Positions 1 through 11,221 of a stretch of DNA of 64,000 bases are shown here, piece by piece. Every line of letters starts with the position of its first letter. Positions within the stretch are counted from its first letter, which is position 1. The stretch covers positions 1,856,001 to 1,920,000 of the forward strand of contig OZ241857.1 of assembly GCA_965203315.1 (NCBI GenBank). Reading direction: 5' to 3'. The translations under genes were made by a program, and so were the position numbers. The notes below the pieces were generated by a model. It was not told where the DNA came from. It saw only the letters and a list, made by a program, of their open reading frames with translations, and ran no database searches. The DNA is from Nitrosopumilus sp. (GTDB taxonomy: Archaea > Thermoproteota > Nitrososphaeria > Nitrososphaerales > Nitrosopumilaceae).

Positions 1-647
1 CCAGATGCTATAGATGAAGGATCATCGCCTTCAATATCTGACATGATTAGGGATACTCCATGACACCGCATCTGAGCTGCAAGGCGACCACCTTTGATCT
101 TTGAGATCTGTTTTCGAATACAGTTTAACTCTTGAATAGTACAACCAGACTTTAACAGTACATCATTGACTCGAATCTTGTCGTCAAGAGATATGCCGTC
201 AGGGAGAGCAAGTAGTGATGATCCTCCTCCGGATATTAGAAATACTACTAGTTCGTCACGCTGTCGATTCTGAACAAACTTTAGTACCTGTTTTGCCGCC
301 TTGACGCTATTTTGATCTGGGAGTGGATGTCTAGAATTGAATATTTGAAATCTCTTTCCATGAATCTTTGATCTGTTACCTTGCGGAATTACGACTAGAC
401 CGCGGCTTATTGGAACTAGTGCATTTAGAGCGCTAGTCATTGTATCTGCTGCTTTACCGAATGCTATCGAGTATATTGCAGAATATTTGGCAAACTCTAC
501 AAATCTGTCTTCTAGTTTAATCCCATCTGTACTAACATATTTTGCCATAAAGTTTTGCGGATCTGCTGCTTTGAGACCAGCATTCAAGATCTCAAGACAA
601 TCTCTCTTTTTACTATTGGTGGCAAGATCTGTAAAGTTTTGGATCAA
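1..647 (-). CDS. Glycerate 2-kinase / hydroxypyruvate reductase (DUF4147-MOFRL family); 3' end runs off the window
   Basis: Not in the ORF track. Manual minus-strand translation from TTG 647 gives IAFGKAADTM, RHPLPDQNS, FLISGGGSSLL, NCIRKQISKIKGGRL and IMSDIEGDDPSSIASG, which are typical motifs of the family. Confidence 0.9.
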   Translation of the reverse strand, partial: MIQNFTDLATNSKKRDCLEILNAGLKAADPQNFMAKYVSTDGIKLEDRFVEFAKYSAIYSIAFGKAADTMTSALNALVPISRGLVVIPQGNRSKIHGKRFQIFNSRHPLPDQNSVKAAKQVLKFVQNRQRDELVVFLISGGGSSLLALPDGISLDDKIRVNDVLLKSGCTIQELNCIRKQISKIKGGRLAAQMRCHGVSLIMSDIEGDDPSSIAS

Positions 648-836
648 TGCTGTATGTACTAGTGGAATGACGGATATAACCTAGTCGTTAAGTTGAGCAT
701 TACCAAATATCATTCAATCTTTTGATACAAATCTGATTTGTTATGCAGACATCAGATCATATTGACGCGTTGTTTGTGTTAGAACTTGTTTTTGATAGTA
801 TATTGGTCAAGTACGTCTGATACTAAAAATGACAGT

Positions 837-1326
837 CTACGATTTGAAACCACTAAGTGATCTAAATTCAGATCTCTTGAGCAATTCAATAATTTCATCA
901 ATCTCTTTTGGATACTTGATTTCTTTACTAACTAGCATCTCTAATAGTCCTTGTAAGTCGGTATATTTTAGTTCTAATCTTGATGCTACTTTTTGTGCCT
1001 TCTTGTCATCAAAGATGCAGTAAACATTGCTTTGATATCCGCCTAATTTTTGACATGTCAGGATTACATCCGTCTCGCCTACTTCTATCTGCGTATATCT
1101 TCGTCTGAAATCTCATATCTTTTTGTGTATTCTTTTCTAATCGTACGAGTTTGCCTTCATCGATTAATCTCTGCACATTTGTACGCGTCTTCTCATCTCG
1201 TAATTCGTTCCATACAAAATTTGTTATGGTTAGCTTGTGTCCTAATTGCAGAATGTAATCAAATGCTTGTGGGTATTGGAACTGATCAAGTATCGCAATC
1301 AATGGCGAAGAGTCAAATACCTTCAA
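837..1326 (-). pseudogene. PIN-domain (DUF3368/VapC-like) toxin, frameshifted near 1110-1120
   Basis: N-terminus is MKVFDSSPLIA. After ...KNTQKD a second frame continues DFRRRYTQIEVGETDVIL...CIFDDKKAQKVASRL...LQGLL to TAG at 837-839, supplying the remaining PIN motifs. Confidence 0.75.
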
Positions 1327-1328
1327 TG

Positions 1329-1937
1329 TCAGATCCAGAGTAATTTTCTTTTGGCCATCTCATTCATCATTATATGTTTAGGTATACCGAGCAGTTCTCC
1401 AGTTCTACCCAAAGTAATCTTTTTCTTTACATACATGGAAATCACATGTTCTTTAATATCTGGTTTGAGTTTTTTGTACGTCGCAGAATCTTTAGTCATG
1501 TCTGGATACAAACAGTACAAAAATGACAATGCTTCTGGAATGGTTACGTCATTTATGATACTCTTATAATTATCAAACACATCCGCCATCGTCGTGTTAA
1601 ATAGCCCTGGAAACTCTAGTATCTTGTTTTTTTCACTCGCAATAACTTTAGCACATTCTACATGCTGGTTGGTTAATTGAACGGTGTCATCTTTTTCAAC
1701 TAACAGTTTCATTTGTACGAGACGCCCCAAAGTGGTATCTAGAACAGTACTGTATGGACCATCATCCTGTATTACAAAATCACACCACTCTCTTATTTCT
1801 GGATACGGGTCTCCCAACATGTACATCAAGAGTTGTAATTTCTGTCTACCGTGTATCGGTTCATCATCTACATATACAAGCAGAATAATGTACTTTTCTA
1901 ATTCACTGATCTCTAATGTTGCGGTATCTGTTGCCAT
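1329..1937 (-). CDS. Putative antitoxin: N-terminal winged-helix (YwgA/DUF4065-like) fused to a C-terminal UPF0175-like domain
   Basis: Motifs GRQKLQLLMYML...DDGPYS at the N-terminus and MYVKKKITLGRTGELLGI at the C-terminus. It ends 2 nt before the PIN gene starts. Confidence 0.65.
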   Translation of the reverse strand: MATDTATLEISELEKYIILLVYVDDEPIHGRQKLQLLMYMLGDPYPEIREWCDFVIQDDGPYSTVLDTTLGRLVQMKLLVEKDDTVQLTNQHVECAKVIASEKNKILEFPGLFNTTMADVFDNYKSIINDVTIPEALSFLYCLYPDMTKDSATYKKLKPDIKEHVISMYVKKKITLGRTGELLGIPKHIMMNEMAKRKLLWI

Positions 1938-1977
1938 GTTATTTAATCTTTATAACAACATAAAAACATTCTAGAAT

Positions 1978-2089
1978 GGATCCTTTCGATTTATGTATGT
2001 GATATTTCACATGGCTTTGTAATTTTTCCTTATAGGATCTTGTAGTGTTTTCTGTAACCATTCTATCCCGCGTAAACCAAAAAGATTCT
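1978..2089 (-). repeat. Degenerate palindromic MITE-like repeat, family B, copy 1
   Basis: Reverse complement reads agaatctttttggtttacgcgggatagaatggttacagaaaacactacaagat..., which aligns with copies at 10922, 28933, 33242 and 60516. It has imperfect terminal inverted repeats. Confidence 0.7.
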
Positions 2090-2199
2090 ACTGATCTATA
2101 GTCACGAACGGAATTGTTTTCTTGTTTACTTTTGCATATGTGAGATCAGAGGTGAAATTTACCTCTGGCGGAACGGATAATACCAAATTGTGATACCAT

Positions 2200-2336
2200 A
2201 GACTGTATGCGTATTATTGAGTGCCCATGTCCAATCATCAAACACGACAACAATGAATCAATTTGCCTCTAGAAATCACACTTGTGTTTTATTGTACCTT
2301 AACGTGAGTATGATGTAAGAAATACGCATACAGTCT
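2200..2336. mobile_element. MITE family A, copy 1 (~137 bp)
   Basis: Perfect 16-bp TIR AGACTGTATGCGTATT...AATACGCATACAGTCT, with CAT on both flanks. A near-identical copy lies at 56877-57016. Confidence 0.85.
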
Positions 2337-2427
2337 CATACACTCGGAAAATTATTATGTTCATGACTATAATGTGTTCCGATATAAATTAGATTTATTT
2401 AACCTCTCTAGGTGTGATTGAATAATT

Positions 2428-2919
2428 ATGGCGAGTATAGACAAAGCTGCAATTCTATTCTCAATTGCGATTACTGCTATTGGCGCTGGTATTGGACTTG
2501 TTGGACTAGCTGACAATAGTACAACCACAACACAGAATCCATTACCTGTGTCTGATATCTCCTACTCTGAGCCTACGTCAGTACAACCACAACCAGTATC
2601 TGAACCTATCCAGTTATCTTTGATTTACGCGGTTAACATTCCTGAAGGAACTTCGTTTATAGGATGTCAGGAGACTGATGAGTGTTATATTCCTGCATCT
2701 ATATCTATCAATACCGGCGACACAGTACAGTGGATAAACTCTGATATTGCAGCACATACAGTCACGTCAGGCAGTCCATCTAATGGACCAGATGGAATAT
2801 TTGACAGCAGTCTCGTTATACCGGATGCACTTTTTGAGGTTCAAATAGATGAGCCTGGAAATTATGACTACTTTTGCTTGATACATCCATGGATGGTCGG
2901 TTCTATTACAGTAAACTAG
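2428..2919 (+). CDS. Membrane-anchored cupredoxin (plastocyanin/azurin-like blue copper protein)
   Basis: N-terminal TM segment, HTVTSG, and copper ligands in YFCLIHPWMVG. Confidence 0.9.
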   Translation: MASIDKAAILFSIAITAIGAGIGLVGLADNSTTTTQNPLPVSDISYSEPTSVQPQPVSEPIQLSLIYAVNIPEGTSFIGCQETDECYIPASISINTGDTVQWINSDIAAHTVTSGSPSNGPDGIFDSSLVIPDALFEVQIDEPGNYDYFCLIHPWMVGSITVN

Positions 2920-2929
2920 ACTGACTTTT

Positions 2930-4516
2930 TCACTTGATCTTGCTCTTTTGTATTGCTCGATTATACCGTACACCAAATCTATGTGCCTCATCACGTATGT
3001 GTTGTAGTATGTGTAGTGACTGTCTAGTCTTTGGAATGATTATGGGTCTCTGTTTATCTGGTACAAATACTTCTTCATTCTCTTTTGCAAGTGATATACA
3101 AGAGATATCGGCCTCTAGTTGAGAGAGCGAATCCACTGCGGCACCGAGCTGTCCCTTTCCGCCATCGATCACAACGAGATCTGGCAGTTCTCTATCTTCT
3201 TTGATCAGTCTCTGATACCGTCTCTTTACAACTTCGCCGATCATTGCAAAATCATCTCTTCCTTGTATGGTCTTTATCTTGAATCGCCTATATCCAGATC
3301 TATCTGGTTGTGCACCGACAAATCTTGACATAGATCCTACTGCAAAGTCATCTCCATGATTCGATATATCGAAACATTCGATCACGTTTGGAATACTATT
3401 CAGACCTAGAATATCTCGTAGTTCCACGAGTCCAGGATCACCACCTTTTGCGTAGATCAAACTGATGTTGCGTAGTATCAACTCTATGACATCATTTCGT
3501 TTTCCTCTTGATGGAACTATAATGTTTACCGTAAATCCTGCCTTTTCAGACAATAGCGACTCTAAGAGTCTGTGGTTGTCTGGTAGATCATTTACGATTA
3601 TAAATTTGGGAACCTTGTGTGTTGTATAATACTGATAAATAAAATTCCCAAAAGAGTTGTCACCCACCATATCAAAGAAGAACTTGTCACTATCTCTCAT
3701 TACTCCATTAACCATTCTAAAACTCATCACAACAGCTCTATGATCTCGTATCTCGATTCCAAAATACTCTTCGTCAGAGTTTCTTACATATTCCATATTT
3801 TGTTTGATCTGCAAACTATCTAGTCTGATCAGTGTATCTCTGATATCTTTTGCGCGCTCAAACTGTAGATGATCAGCAGCATCTTGCATCTCTTTGCGTA
3901 ACTTTTCGGCAAACACTTTGGTATGGTCTTTATTTTTTAAAACTTGTTCTAGATCAGATATGTGTTGAGCGTATCGTTCTTGCGCTGACTTAAACTCACA
4001 TGGTCCCTCACAGTTGCCTAGATGATATTCGAGACATACTTTTTTGGGTAATGTCTTACATATTCGGATCTGAAATGACTTGCGTAGTGTTCCTATTGTA
4101 AGAAGTTTTGAGCTACCTTGCATAAACGGACCAAAAGTTCTTCCTTTACCTAAAAATTTACCGTCTCGAGTTCGTCTCGCAACGACTAGTCTGGGATACA
4201 TCTCGTCAGATATTCTAAGATATGTATAACGTTGTTGATCTTTTAGTTCTATGTTGAATCTCGGTCGATATCGTTTTATCATGTTTGATTCAAGCAAAAA
4301 TGCCTCACTCTCATTATCGGTTAAAACAAATTCAATGTCTGTAGTATTCTCAACAAGCTTTTGTGTCTTGTAATTTTGATTCTTTGTAAAGTATGTTCTA
4401 ACTCTATTTCGGAGATTCTTTGCTTTGCCGATGTATATTATCTGTTCCTCGTTGTCTTTCATCATGTATATTCCAGGTTCTGTTGGAATACTTGTTTTGT
4501 TTATATCAAATACCAT
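2930..4516 (-). CDS. uvrC: Excinuclease ABC subunit C
   Basis: GIY-YIG motif (IYIGKAKNLRNR), ECFDISN, IDGGKGQL and RDEAHRF. Confidence 0.97.
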   Translation of the reverse strand: MVFDINKTSIPTEPGIYMMKDNEEQIIYIGKAKNLRNRVRTYFTKNQNYKTQKLVENTTDIEFVLTDNESEAFLLESNMIKRYRPRFNIELKDQQRYTYLRISDEMYPRLVVARRTRDGKFLGKGRTFGPFMQGSSKLLTIGTLRKSFQIRICKTLPKKVCLEYHLGNCEGPCEFKSAQERYAQHISDLEQVLKNKDHTKVFAEKLRKEMQDAADHLQFERAKDIRDTLIRLDSLQIKQNMEYVRNSDEEYFGIEIRDHRAVVMSFRMVNGVMRDSDKFFFDMVGDNSFGNFIYQYYTTHKVPKFIIVNDLPDNHRLLESLLSEKAGFTVNIIVPSRGKRNDVIELILRNISLIYAKGGDPGLVELRDILGLNSIPNVIECFDISNHGDDFAVGSMSRFVGAQPDRSGYRRFKIKTIQGRDDFAMIGEVVKRRYQRLIKEDRELPDLVVIDGGKGQLGAAVDSLSQLEADISCISLAKENEEVFVPDKQRPIIIPKTRQSLHILQHIRDEAHRFGVRYNRAIQKSKIK

Positions 4517-7326
4517 TATTTTAACAACTTTTTGAGATATCGTCCAGTATAGCTACCTGCTGCACGGCTTATCTCTGCGGGCGTTCCTGCTGCGACGACA
4601 TTTCCTCCCTCGTCTCCTCCTTCCGGACCTAGATCAATTATCCAGTCTGAGTTTCTAATTACGTCCATGTTGTGTTCGATTATGACTATTGTATTGCCCA
4701 TGTTTGCTAGACGGTTAAGCACGTCTAGTAATTTTTGTACGTCTGCAAAATGAAGTCCTGTGGTGGGCTCATCTAGTAGATACAACGTGTGACCTGTCTC
4801 GCGTTTTGCCAACTCTTCTGCAAGTTTTACTCTTTGAGCTTCTCCGCCCGAGAGAGTGGTGGATGATTGACCTAGTTTTATGTATCCTAATCCAACATCA
4901 TATATGGTTTGAAGCTTGCGCTTTATGTTTGGAATATTCTCAAAAAACTTTAGAGCTTCATAGACCGTCATGTCTAGTACGTCCGAGATGTTTTTGCCTT
5001 TGTAATATACGGAGAGTGTTTCAGAGTTGTATCTATGTCCTTTACATTCGTCACACTTTACATAGACATCGGACAGAAACTGCATCTCGATCTTTTTTAC
5101 GCCGTCACCATTACACGCAAAGCATCTTCCATCAGGTACATTAAATGAGAATTGGCCAGGACTATAACCACGTTGTTCTGCAAGTTCTGTACTCGCAAAT
5201 AACTCTCGTATCGGTGTAAATGCACCAATGTATGTTGCAGGATTGGAACGAGGTGTACGACCTATGGGTGACTGATCAATAGCAATAAACTTGTCAATAT
5301 TCTCGATGCCCAAGATCTCGTCATGGCTGCCTGGTTTTACAGCTGATCTGTAAAAGGATTGTTGTAATGCCTTTCTGAGAATATCATTTATGAGACTAGA
5401 CTTGCCAGAGCCTGAGACGCCCGTAACTGCTACAAACAGACCTAGAGGAATCGAGACATCGATGTTCTTTAGATTGTTAGCTGTTGCGCCTTTGATTACT
5501 AGTTCTCCATAACGATCACGCTTCTTTTCGGCAAGATTGATCATCTTGTTGTTGTTTAGATACTTGCCTGTGATGGAGTCTCTACTTTTCAGGATCATGT
5601 CTAGCGTTCCTTCAAAGACAACATCGCCGCCATGAATTCCTGCACCAGGACCCATGTCTATTATCCAATCTCCATTACGGATCATCTCTTCGTCATGCTC
5701 GACTACGATCACGGTGTTTCCCAAGTCTCGTAACTTGGTGAGCGTACCGATCAGTCGTTCATTGTCCCGTTGGTGAAGGCCAATCGTGGGCTCGTCTAAT
5801 ACATACAAGACTCCTGTCAAGTTGGATCCGATCTGAGTAGCTAGTCTGATCCTTTGTGACTCACCACCCGATAGAGTTGCACTGGATCGATTCAATGTGA
5901 GATAGCTTAGACCGACATTCATTAGAAACTCTAATCTGGATCTTATCTCTTTGAGTATATCGCGTGCAATGTATTGTTGTGTTGAGGTAAGTTTGAGTGT
6001 AGAGAAAAAGTCATAACAATGTTCTATTGATAGATCACAGATATCCATTATACTTTTATCTGCAATCGTTACTGCACGTGCTTCTGGCTTTAATTTCTTG
6101 CCTTTACAATCTTTACATGGTATGTCTTGCATGAATTTCTTTAAAAATTCACGTTTAGTCTCGGATGTAGTCTCTTGATATGCTCTTTGCAAGCTAGGGA
6201 TTATGCCTTCAAAGGTTCCATAGTTCTCCCACATTGCTCCCGTACCTGAAGAGTATTTGAACAGGATCGTCTCCTCTGAACCATACAGAATGACATCTAT
6301 GTCTTTTTTACGCAGTTGATCGATTGGTGTCGTTAGGTTAAATCCCATCTTTTTACCCACTGCACGTAGAGTCTGTTGTTGAAACACATTCCTCTGTTCT
6401 TCCCATGGTGCAATTCCACCATCAATTATGGACAGTTTTCTATTTGGAATTATCAGGTCTGGATCAAACTCGCGTTTCATTCCTAGACCGTTACATGTAT
6501 TACACATGCCAAAAGGAGAGTTGAACGAGAACATTCGTGGTTCTAGTTCTCCAATAGACGTTCCGCAGTAGGGACATGCGTTGTTTTGCGAAAAGATCTT
6601 TGTCTTGTCCCCTCCGATCATCACATTACCTGCGGATGCTTTTATTGCAGTTTGAATAGATTCAAAGAGTCTAGAGCGTTCTGATTTATTGACCGTGATC
6701 CTATCGACAATGATCTCGACATCGTGCCATCGTTTTTTATCTATTTTAGGAATTCCATCATCAAGTACATACGTCTTTCCGTCTACCTGCACCCTAGAGT
6801 AACCATCACGTTTTATCTTTTCAAAGAGCTTTTCATGCGTTCCCTTCTTTCTTTGAATCATTGGAGCAAGTACAAGAATCTGCTTTTCATCAAACTCTTT
6901 GAGTACCGTGTCACATATGGTCTCGATCGATTGTGTAGATATCAGGTTGCCACAGTTTGAACAGTGTGGGACGCCAATCCTAGCAAAGAGCAGTCTCATA
7001 TAGTCATATATCTCTGTTGTAGTGCCGACAGTTGATCGTGGGTTCTTGCTTGTAGTTTTTTGTTGAATCGATATTGCGGGTGATAGTCCGTCGATCGAGT
7101 CGACATCGGGCTTGTCCATCATCTCGAGAAACTGCCGCGCATATGTGGATAATGACTCTACGTATCTTCGCTGACCTTCAGCATATATGGTATCAAATGC
7201 GAGGGTTGACTTTCCTGAACCAGATATTCCGCTAATTACGACTATGCGGTTTTTTGGCATGTCGATATTGATGTTTTTGAGGTTGTGGTGTCTTGCCCCT
7301 CTGATCCTTAGTTTTGGAACGCTCAT
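4516..7326 (-). CDS. uvrA: Excinuclease ABC subunit A
   Basis: Two Walker A motifs ([16 protein letters not shown]), LSGGE signatures and zinc fingers. Confidence 0.98.
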   Translation of the reverse strand: MSVPKLRIRGARHHNLKNINIDMPKNRIVVISGISGSGKSTLAFDTIYAEGQRRYVESLSTYARQFLEMMDKPDVDSIDGLSPAISIQQKTTSKNPRSTVGTTTEIYDYMRLLFARIGVPHCSNCGNLISTQSIETICDTVLKEFDEKQILVLAPMIQRKKGTHEKLFEKIKRDGYSRVQVDGKTYVLDDGIPKIDKKRWHDVEIIVDRITVNKSERSRLFESIQTAIKASAGNVMIGGDKTKIFSQNNACPYCGTSIGELEPRMFSFNSPFGMCNTCNGLGMKREFDPDLIIPNRKLSIIDGGIAPWEEQRNVFQQQTLRAVGKKMGFNLTTPIDQLRKKDIDVILYGSEETILFKYSSGTGAMWENYGTFEGIIPSLQRAYQETTSETKREFLKKFMQDIPCKDCKGKKLKPEARAVTIADKSIMDICDLSIEHCYDFFSTLKLTSTQQYIARDILKEIRSRLEFLMNVGLSYLTLNRSSATLSGGESQRIRLATQIGSNLTGVLYVLDEPTIGLHQRDNERLIGTLTKLRDLGNTVIVVEHDEEMIRNGDWIIDMGPGAGIHGGDVVFEGTLDMILKSRDSITGKYLNNNKMINLAEKKRDRYGELVIKGATANNLKNIDVSIPLGLFVAVTGVSGSGKSSLINDILRKALQQSFYRSAVKPGSHDEILGIENIDKFIAIDQSPIGRTPRSNPATYIGAFTPIRELFASTELAEQRGYSPGQFSFNVPDGRCFACNGDGVKKIEMQFLSDVYVKCDECKGHRYNSETLSVYYKGKNISDVLDMTVYEALKFFENIPNIKRKLQTIYDVGLGYIKLGQSSTTLSGGEAQRVKLAEELAKRETGHTLYLLDEPTTGLHFADVQKLLDVLNRLANMGNTIVIIEHNMDVIRNSDWIIDLGPEGGDEGGNVVAAGTPAEISRAAGSYTGRYLKKLLK

Positions 7327-9268
7327 TCTTTAATTTGAGTCCATCCTTCAGTCTTTTTAATTTATCTCTACACTCTATAGCTCGTTCAAAATCTAGATCG
7401 TTAGAATATTTTACCATCTGCTCTTCGAGATCTGCTAACTCGTTAGCCATGTCATGTGCTGACTTTGATTTAGAGTCGTCAAATGTAGTCGCTTGAGGTG
7501 GGATCGGCTTTATGATTGTTGTGGGTGTAATTTTATGTTTTTTGTTATATGTGGCCTGTTTCGCTCTACGTCGTTTTGTTTCATCCATTGCATTGTTCAT
7601 CGACTTGGTCATCTTGTCTGCATACATTATCACAGTGCCGTTCTTGTTTCTCGCTGCACGTCCAAACGTCTGAATCAAACTAGTGTCGTTTCGTAAAAAT
7701 CCTTCCTTGTCTGCATCCAATATCGCGACTAGTGATACCTCTGGTATGTCGAGACCCTCTCTGAGTAAGTTGATCCCGACAAGAACATCAAACTCACCTG
7801 CTCGAAGCTGTCTTATCAACTCGGTTCGTTGCAATCCCTCGATCTCAGAATGCATATATCTGACTCGGATATCTCGTTTTGCTAAATACTCTGCAAGGTC
7901 TTCGGCCATGCGTTTGGTAAGGGTCGTAACCAATACGCGTTCCAACTTTTCCGCACGTTTGCTTATCTCGTTTACTAGATCATCCATCTGACCCTTTGTG
8001 GGACGAACATGAATCTTGGGATCTAAAAGGCCTGTTGGTCTTACTAGTTGCTCTACTATGGTTGATGAAAGTTTCTTCTCGTATTCACCGGGTGTGGCAG
8101 ACACAAATATGGTATTTTTGATATATTTTTCAAACTCTTCAAACTTTAATGGTCTATTGTCATACGCGCTAGGTAATCTAAAACCATACGTAACTAACTC
8201 GCGTTTTCTAGAGTGATCCCCTTTGTACATTCCGTGTAACTGTGGTAGTGTCACATGTGACTCGTCGATCACTAGTAGATAGTCACCGCCAAAAAAGTCC
8301 ATCAAACAGAATGCCTGTTGACCGGGTTTTCGACCATCAAAGTGTCGTGAATAGTTTTCAATTCCAGAGCAGTATCCTAGTTCTTCAATCATCTCCAAGT
8401 CGTAATTTGTTCTCATCTCTAATCTCTGAGCTTCTAACTCGTTCAACTCTAAGAGACGTCCTGCCAACTCTTTCTTGATGGACAAGACTGCACGATCCCG
8501 TACATCTTTTGAGATCAAGTAGTGCTTTGCAGGAAATACTCTGATCTGTGGAATCTTTTGTTTTGTCTTTAATGATACATGATCAGTGATGGCGATACTT
8601 TCGATCTCGTCACCAAACATAGATATTCGTATCATCTCATCCGAGTATGCGGGGGTAATATCGATCGTATCGCCTTTCACTCTAAAGTTTCCCGGAGCAA
8701 CCTCTGTGTCATTTCGTTCATATCTGGCATCGATGAACCGTTTGATCAACTCATTGCGTTTTATTGTATCTCCTACCGATATAGTGGTGGATAATTCATC
8801 CCAGTCATCTGGATTGCCTAGTGAATAGATGCAAGATACTGTGGATACGATTACTGTGGGCTTGCCTGATAGTAACATGGCTGTTGCTTCTAGACGCAGT
8901 TTTTCGATCGTTTCGTTTATCTGAGTGTCCTTCTCGATATAGGTATCTGTCTGTGGCAGATAACTCTCGGGTTGGTAATAGTCATAATATGAGACAAAAT
9001 ATCCAACGTTGTTCTCTGGGAAAAACTGTTTCAACTCTGCATATAGCTGTGCAGCCAGCGTCTTGTTGTGTGATATGATTAGTGTGTTTTTATTTGTATT
9101 TGCAATCACATTTGCCACCGAAAATGTTTTACCGCTGCCGGTTACACCAAGCAACGTCTGAACCGACTCTCTCTTTACTCCTTTTGTCAATGTGCTAATT
9201 GCTTTAGGTTGATCTCCTGTAGGCTTGAACTCTGATGCAAGTTTAAATTTTAAACTATTCAATACCAT
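7232..9268 (-). CDS. uvrB: Excinuclease ABC subunit B
   Basis: GVTGSGKT, YYDYYQPE and GINLLREGLDIPE. Confidence 0.98.
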   Translation of the reverse strand: MVLNSLKFKLASEFKPTGDQPKAISTLTKGVKRESVQTLLGVTGSGKTFSVANVIANTNKNTLIISHNKTLAAQLYAELKQFFPENNVGYFVSYYDYYQPESYLPQTDTYIEKDTQINETIEKLRLEATAMLLSGKPTVIVSTVSCIYSLGNPDDWDELSTTISVGDTIKRNELIKRFIDARYERNDTEVAPGNFRVKGDTIDITPAYSDEMIRISMFGDEIESIAITDHVSLKTKQKIPQIRVFPAKHYLISKDVRDRAVLSIKKELAGRLLELNELEAQRLEMRTNYDLEMIEELGYCSGIENYSRHFDGRKPGQQAFCLMDFFGGDYLLVIDESHVTLPQLHGMYKGDHSRKRELVTYGFRLPSAYDNRPLKFEEFEKYIKNTIFVSATPGEYEKKLSSTIVEQLVRPTGLLDPKIHVRPTKGQMDDLVNEISKRAEKLERVLVTTLTKRMAEDLAEYLAKRDIRVRYMHSEIEGLQRTELIRQLRAGEFDVLVGINLLREGLDIPEVSLVAILDADKEGFLRNDTSLIQTFGRAARNKNGTVIMYADKMTKSMNNAMDETKRRRAKQATYNKKHKITPTTIIKPIPPQATTFDDSKSKSAHDMANELADLEEQMVKYSNDLDFERAIECRDKLKRLKDGLKLKNERSKTKDQRGKTPQPQKHQYRHAKKPHSRN

Positions 9269-9344
9269 TCTTTTATGAATTCACCTTATATCTCATACTA
9301 AATCTATTGTAATCATTATGTTTGTACTGTGACTGACAACTATC

Positions 9345-9977
9345 TTACCAAACGGGTTCATCTATCATTATCAAACCGTCACTGGTAATCTCAAACCCCA
9401 TTATGGCCAAAGTCTGTTTTGCGCTAGGACTTCCTCTTTGTAGAATCTTTTGAGCAAGAGTCGTTCTAGATTTTGGATCGAGATGTTGTCCTATCTTGTA
9501 TTTGCCATGTAATGTTTGCGGTACAACTTTGATTATGGATACTGCATCAAGTACTCTCATATTTGATTCAATGGGACTGTATCTCCCTTCGGGCTGATAC
9601 TTTGACATTAATCCATTTAACGCAGATGCCTTTTCTTGTTTGTCGTTTACTATGATTCCGATGCCTTTGATCACAACACTGATGTATAACGTATCTGCAA
9701 GTGACGCATCGTTGGGATCCTCAAAGTACGATGGGAGAAACTCTAGTTCTCGATCAGACTCGAAACCAACTTTACTATTTCGAATAATATTGTCTAATTT
9801 TTCGCCACGAGTATGTGAATGCATATAGATTACATCGTTTAGGAATACAAAATTCATTGGAATTATCTGTGGAAATCCATTCTTGTCAATACTTGCTAGT
9901 CGTCCAACATGTTCGGCATTTAGAAATTCTCTGATCTTTGCATACGATTTGATCTCTAGTATGCCGACGAGTTTCAT
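9345..9977 (-). CDS. Pyridoxamine 5'-phosphate oxidase-like (NimA-type) flavin-binding protein
   Basis: VGRLAS...PQIIPMNF...GEKLDNI...SVVIKG...GKYKIGQ pattern. Confidence 0.8.
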   Translation of the reverse strand: MKLVGILEIKSYAKIREFLNAEHVGRLASIDKNGFPQIIPMNFVFLNDVIYMHSHTRGEKLDNIIRNSKVGFESDRELEFLPSYFEDPNDASLADTLYISVVIKGIGIIVNDKQEKASALNGLMSKYQPEGRYSPIESNMRVLDAVSIIKVVPQTLHGKYKIGQHLDPKSRTTLAQKILQRGSPSAKQTLAIMGFEITSDGLIMIDEPVW

Positions 9978-10109
9978 AGTCCTAAAGATTTTACATATGT
10001 ATAAAAATTTAAGATCGACTCTTTACTACGAGTGTGGTGAACTATCTGTTCCATTTTGGAGGATATACGCTAAAAATAAATAATAGACTAAAAAGCTATT
10101 CTACTATGG

Positions 10110-10697
10110 GTGGAGCAAGATATGAGTGAGCAAGATAGACCCAAAGACGCTGAAGACATACTCTCAGAGTTTGACTCTAGAACCAAATCTTCAGCGGAGA
10201 CTCGAGACGAACCATCTGGGGTCGAGATATCCACATCTGACTCTCTAAATCAATCTACACAGTCGACTCTGACAGATGAATATACATCACCATCAACTGA
10301 GGGCTCAGAATCAACATCTATGAATGAATCAGAATCTGCTGATCCTGCGCAATCTCCTGAACCATCTACGGATACAAAAGACTCACAATCCACTGAACCA
10401 ACTCTGGAACAGAATACCGCCGACGAGGATCGTAATGTCGTATTTGTTGGAAGCAAACCGATTATGGTGTATGTGTCTGCAACCCTAACTCAACTATCAA
10501 CTCGTCCAACAGTGATCATAAAAGCAAGAGGAAAACGAATTACACAAGCTGTCGACGTCTCTCAAATGATCCTAAAACGTATGAACACTGTGGGATATGT
10601 AATAAGTGATGTAAGAATATCATCCATGCAAGTGACTTCTCAAGATGGAAAGAATCGCAACGTCTCTACAATAGAGATTGATATATCAAAGAGTTAG
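10110..10697 (+). CDS. albA: Alba DNA/RNA-binding protein with long acidic Ser/Thr-rich N-terminal extension
   Basis: C-terminal VFVGSKPIMVYV...IKARGKRITQAVDV...NVSTIEI. Confidence 0.85.
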   Translation: MEQDMSEQDRPKDAEDILSEFDSRTKSSAETRDEPSGVEISTSDSLNQSTQSTLTDEYTSPSTEGSESTSMNESESADPAQSPEPSTDTKDSQSTEPTLEQNTADEDRNVVFVGSKPIMVYVSATLTQLSTRPTVIIKARGKRITQAVDVSQMILKRMNTVGYVISDVRISSMQVTSQDGKNRNVSTIEIDISKS

Positions 10698-10921
10698 GTC
10701 TTGTAGTATTTATGCTTGGATAATACCAACAAAAAAAGTTTTAACACAAATAACATGATCAAATCTCTATGAATCAAAATATGAGAATCAAACACTTTTT
10801 TTACCATATGAAGATGTGTTTTTAATTAATCAACATGGCGGTTGATTATGTTGATGTATTTTTTATGTCTGACTTATTTTTGACAGTATATTTTGATAAT
10901 GTTTTGTCTAGATATCAATAG

Positions 10922-11042
10922 AAGATATTTTCGATTTACGAGGGATAGAGTTTTTACAGAAAAAGCATTACAAGGTTTTATTGGGACTTTTTTTAGAAAA
11001 AAGTTCTACTAAATATCATCCCACATAAATTGAATCGATTCT
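10922..11042 (+). repeat. Family B palindromic repeat, copy 2
   Basis: agatattttcgatttacgagggatagagtttttacagaaaaagc...atcccacataaattgaatcgattct; the ends are imperfect inverted repeats. Confidence 0.7.
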
Positions 11043-11221
11043 CAACAAATCCTCATGTGTAACTCGTGAATATTTTGGTCTGTTGGTATGTTTTAAGTTT
11101 TGTACAAAAACATCATGGTCAGATGTACCAAATACAGTTTTGTGTCTACTTCTTAGACAAAACCCATGTTTACATGTGATGTTTGTATTATGATCAACAT
11201 TGTGGACTGATGTGTACTGGT

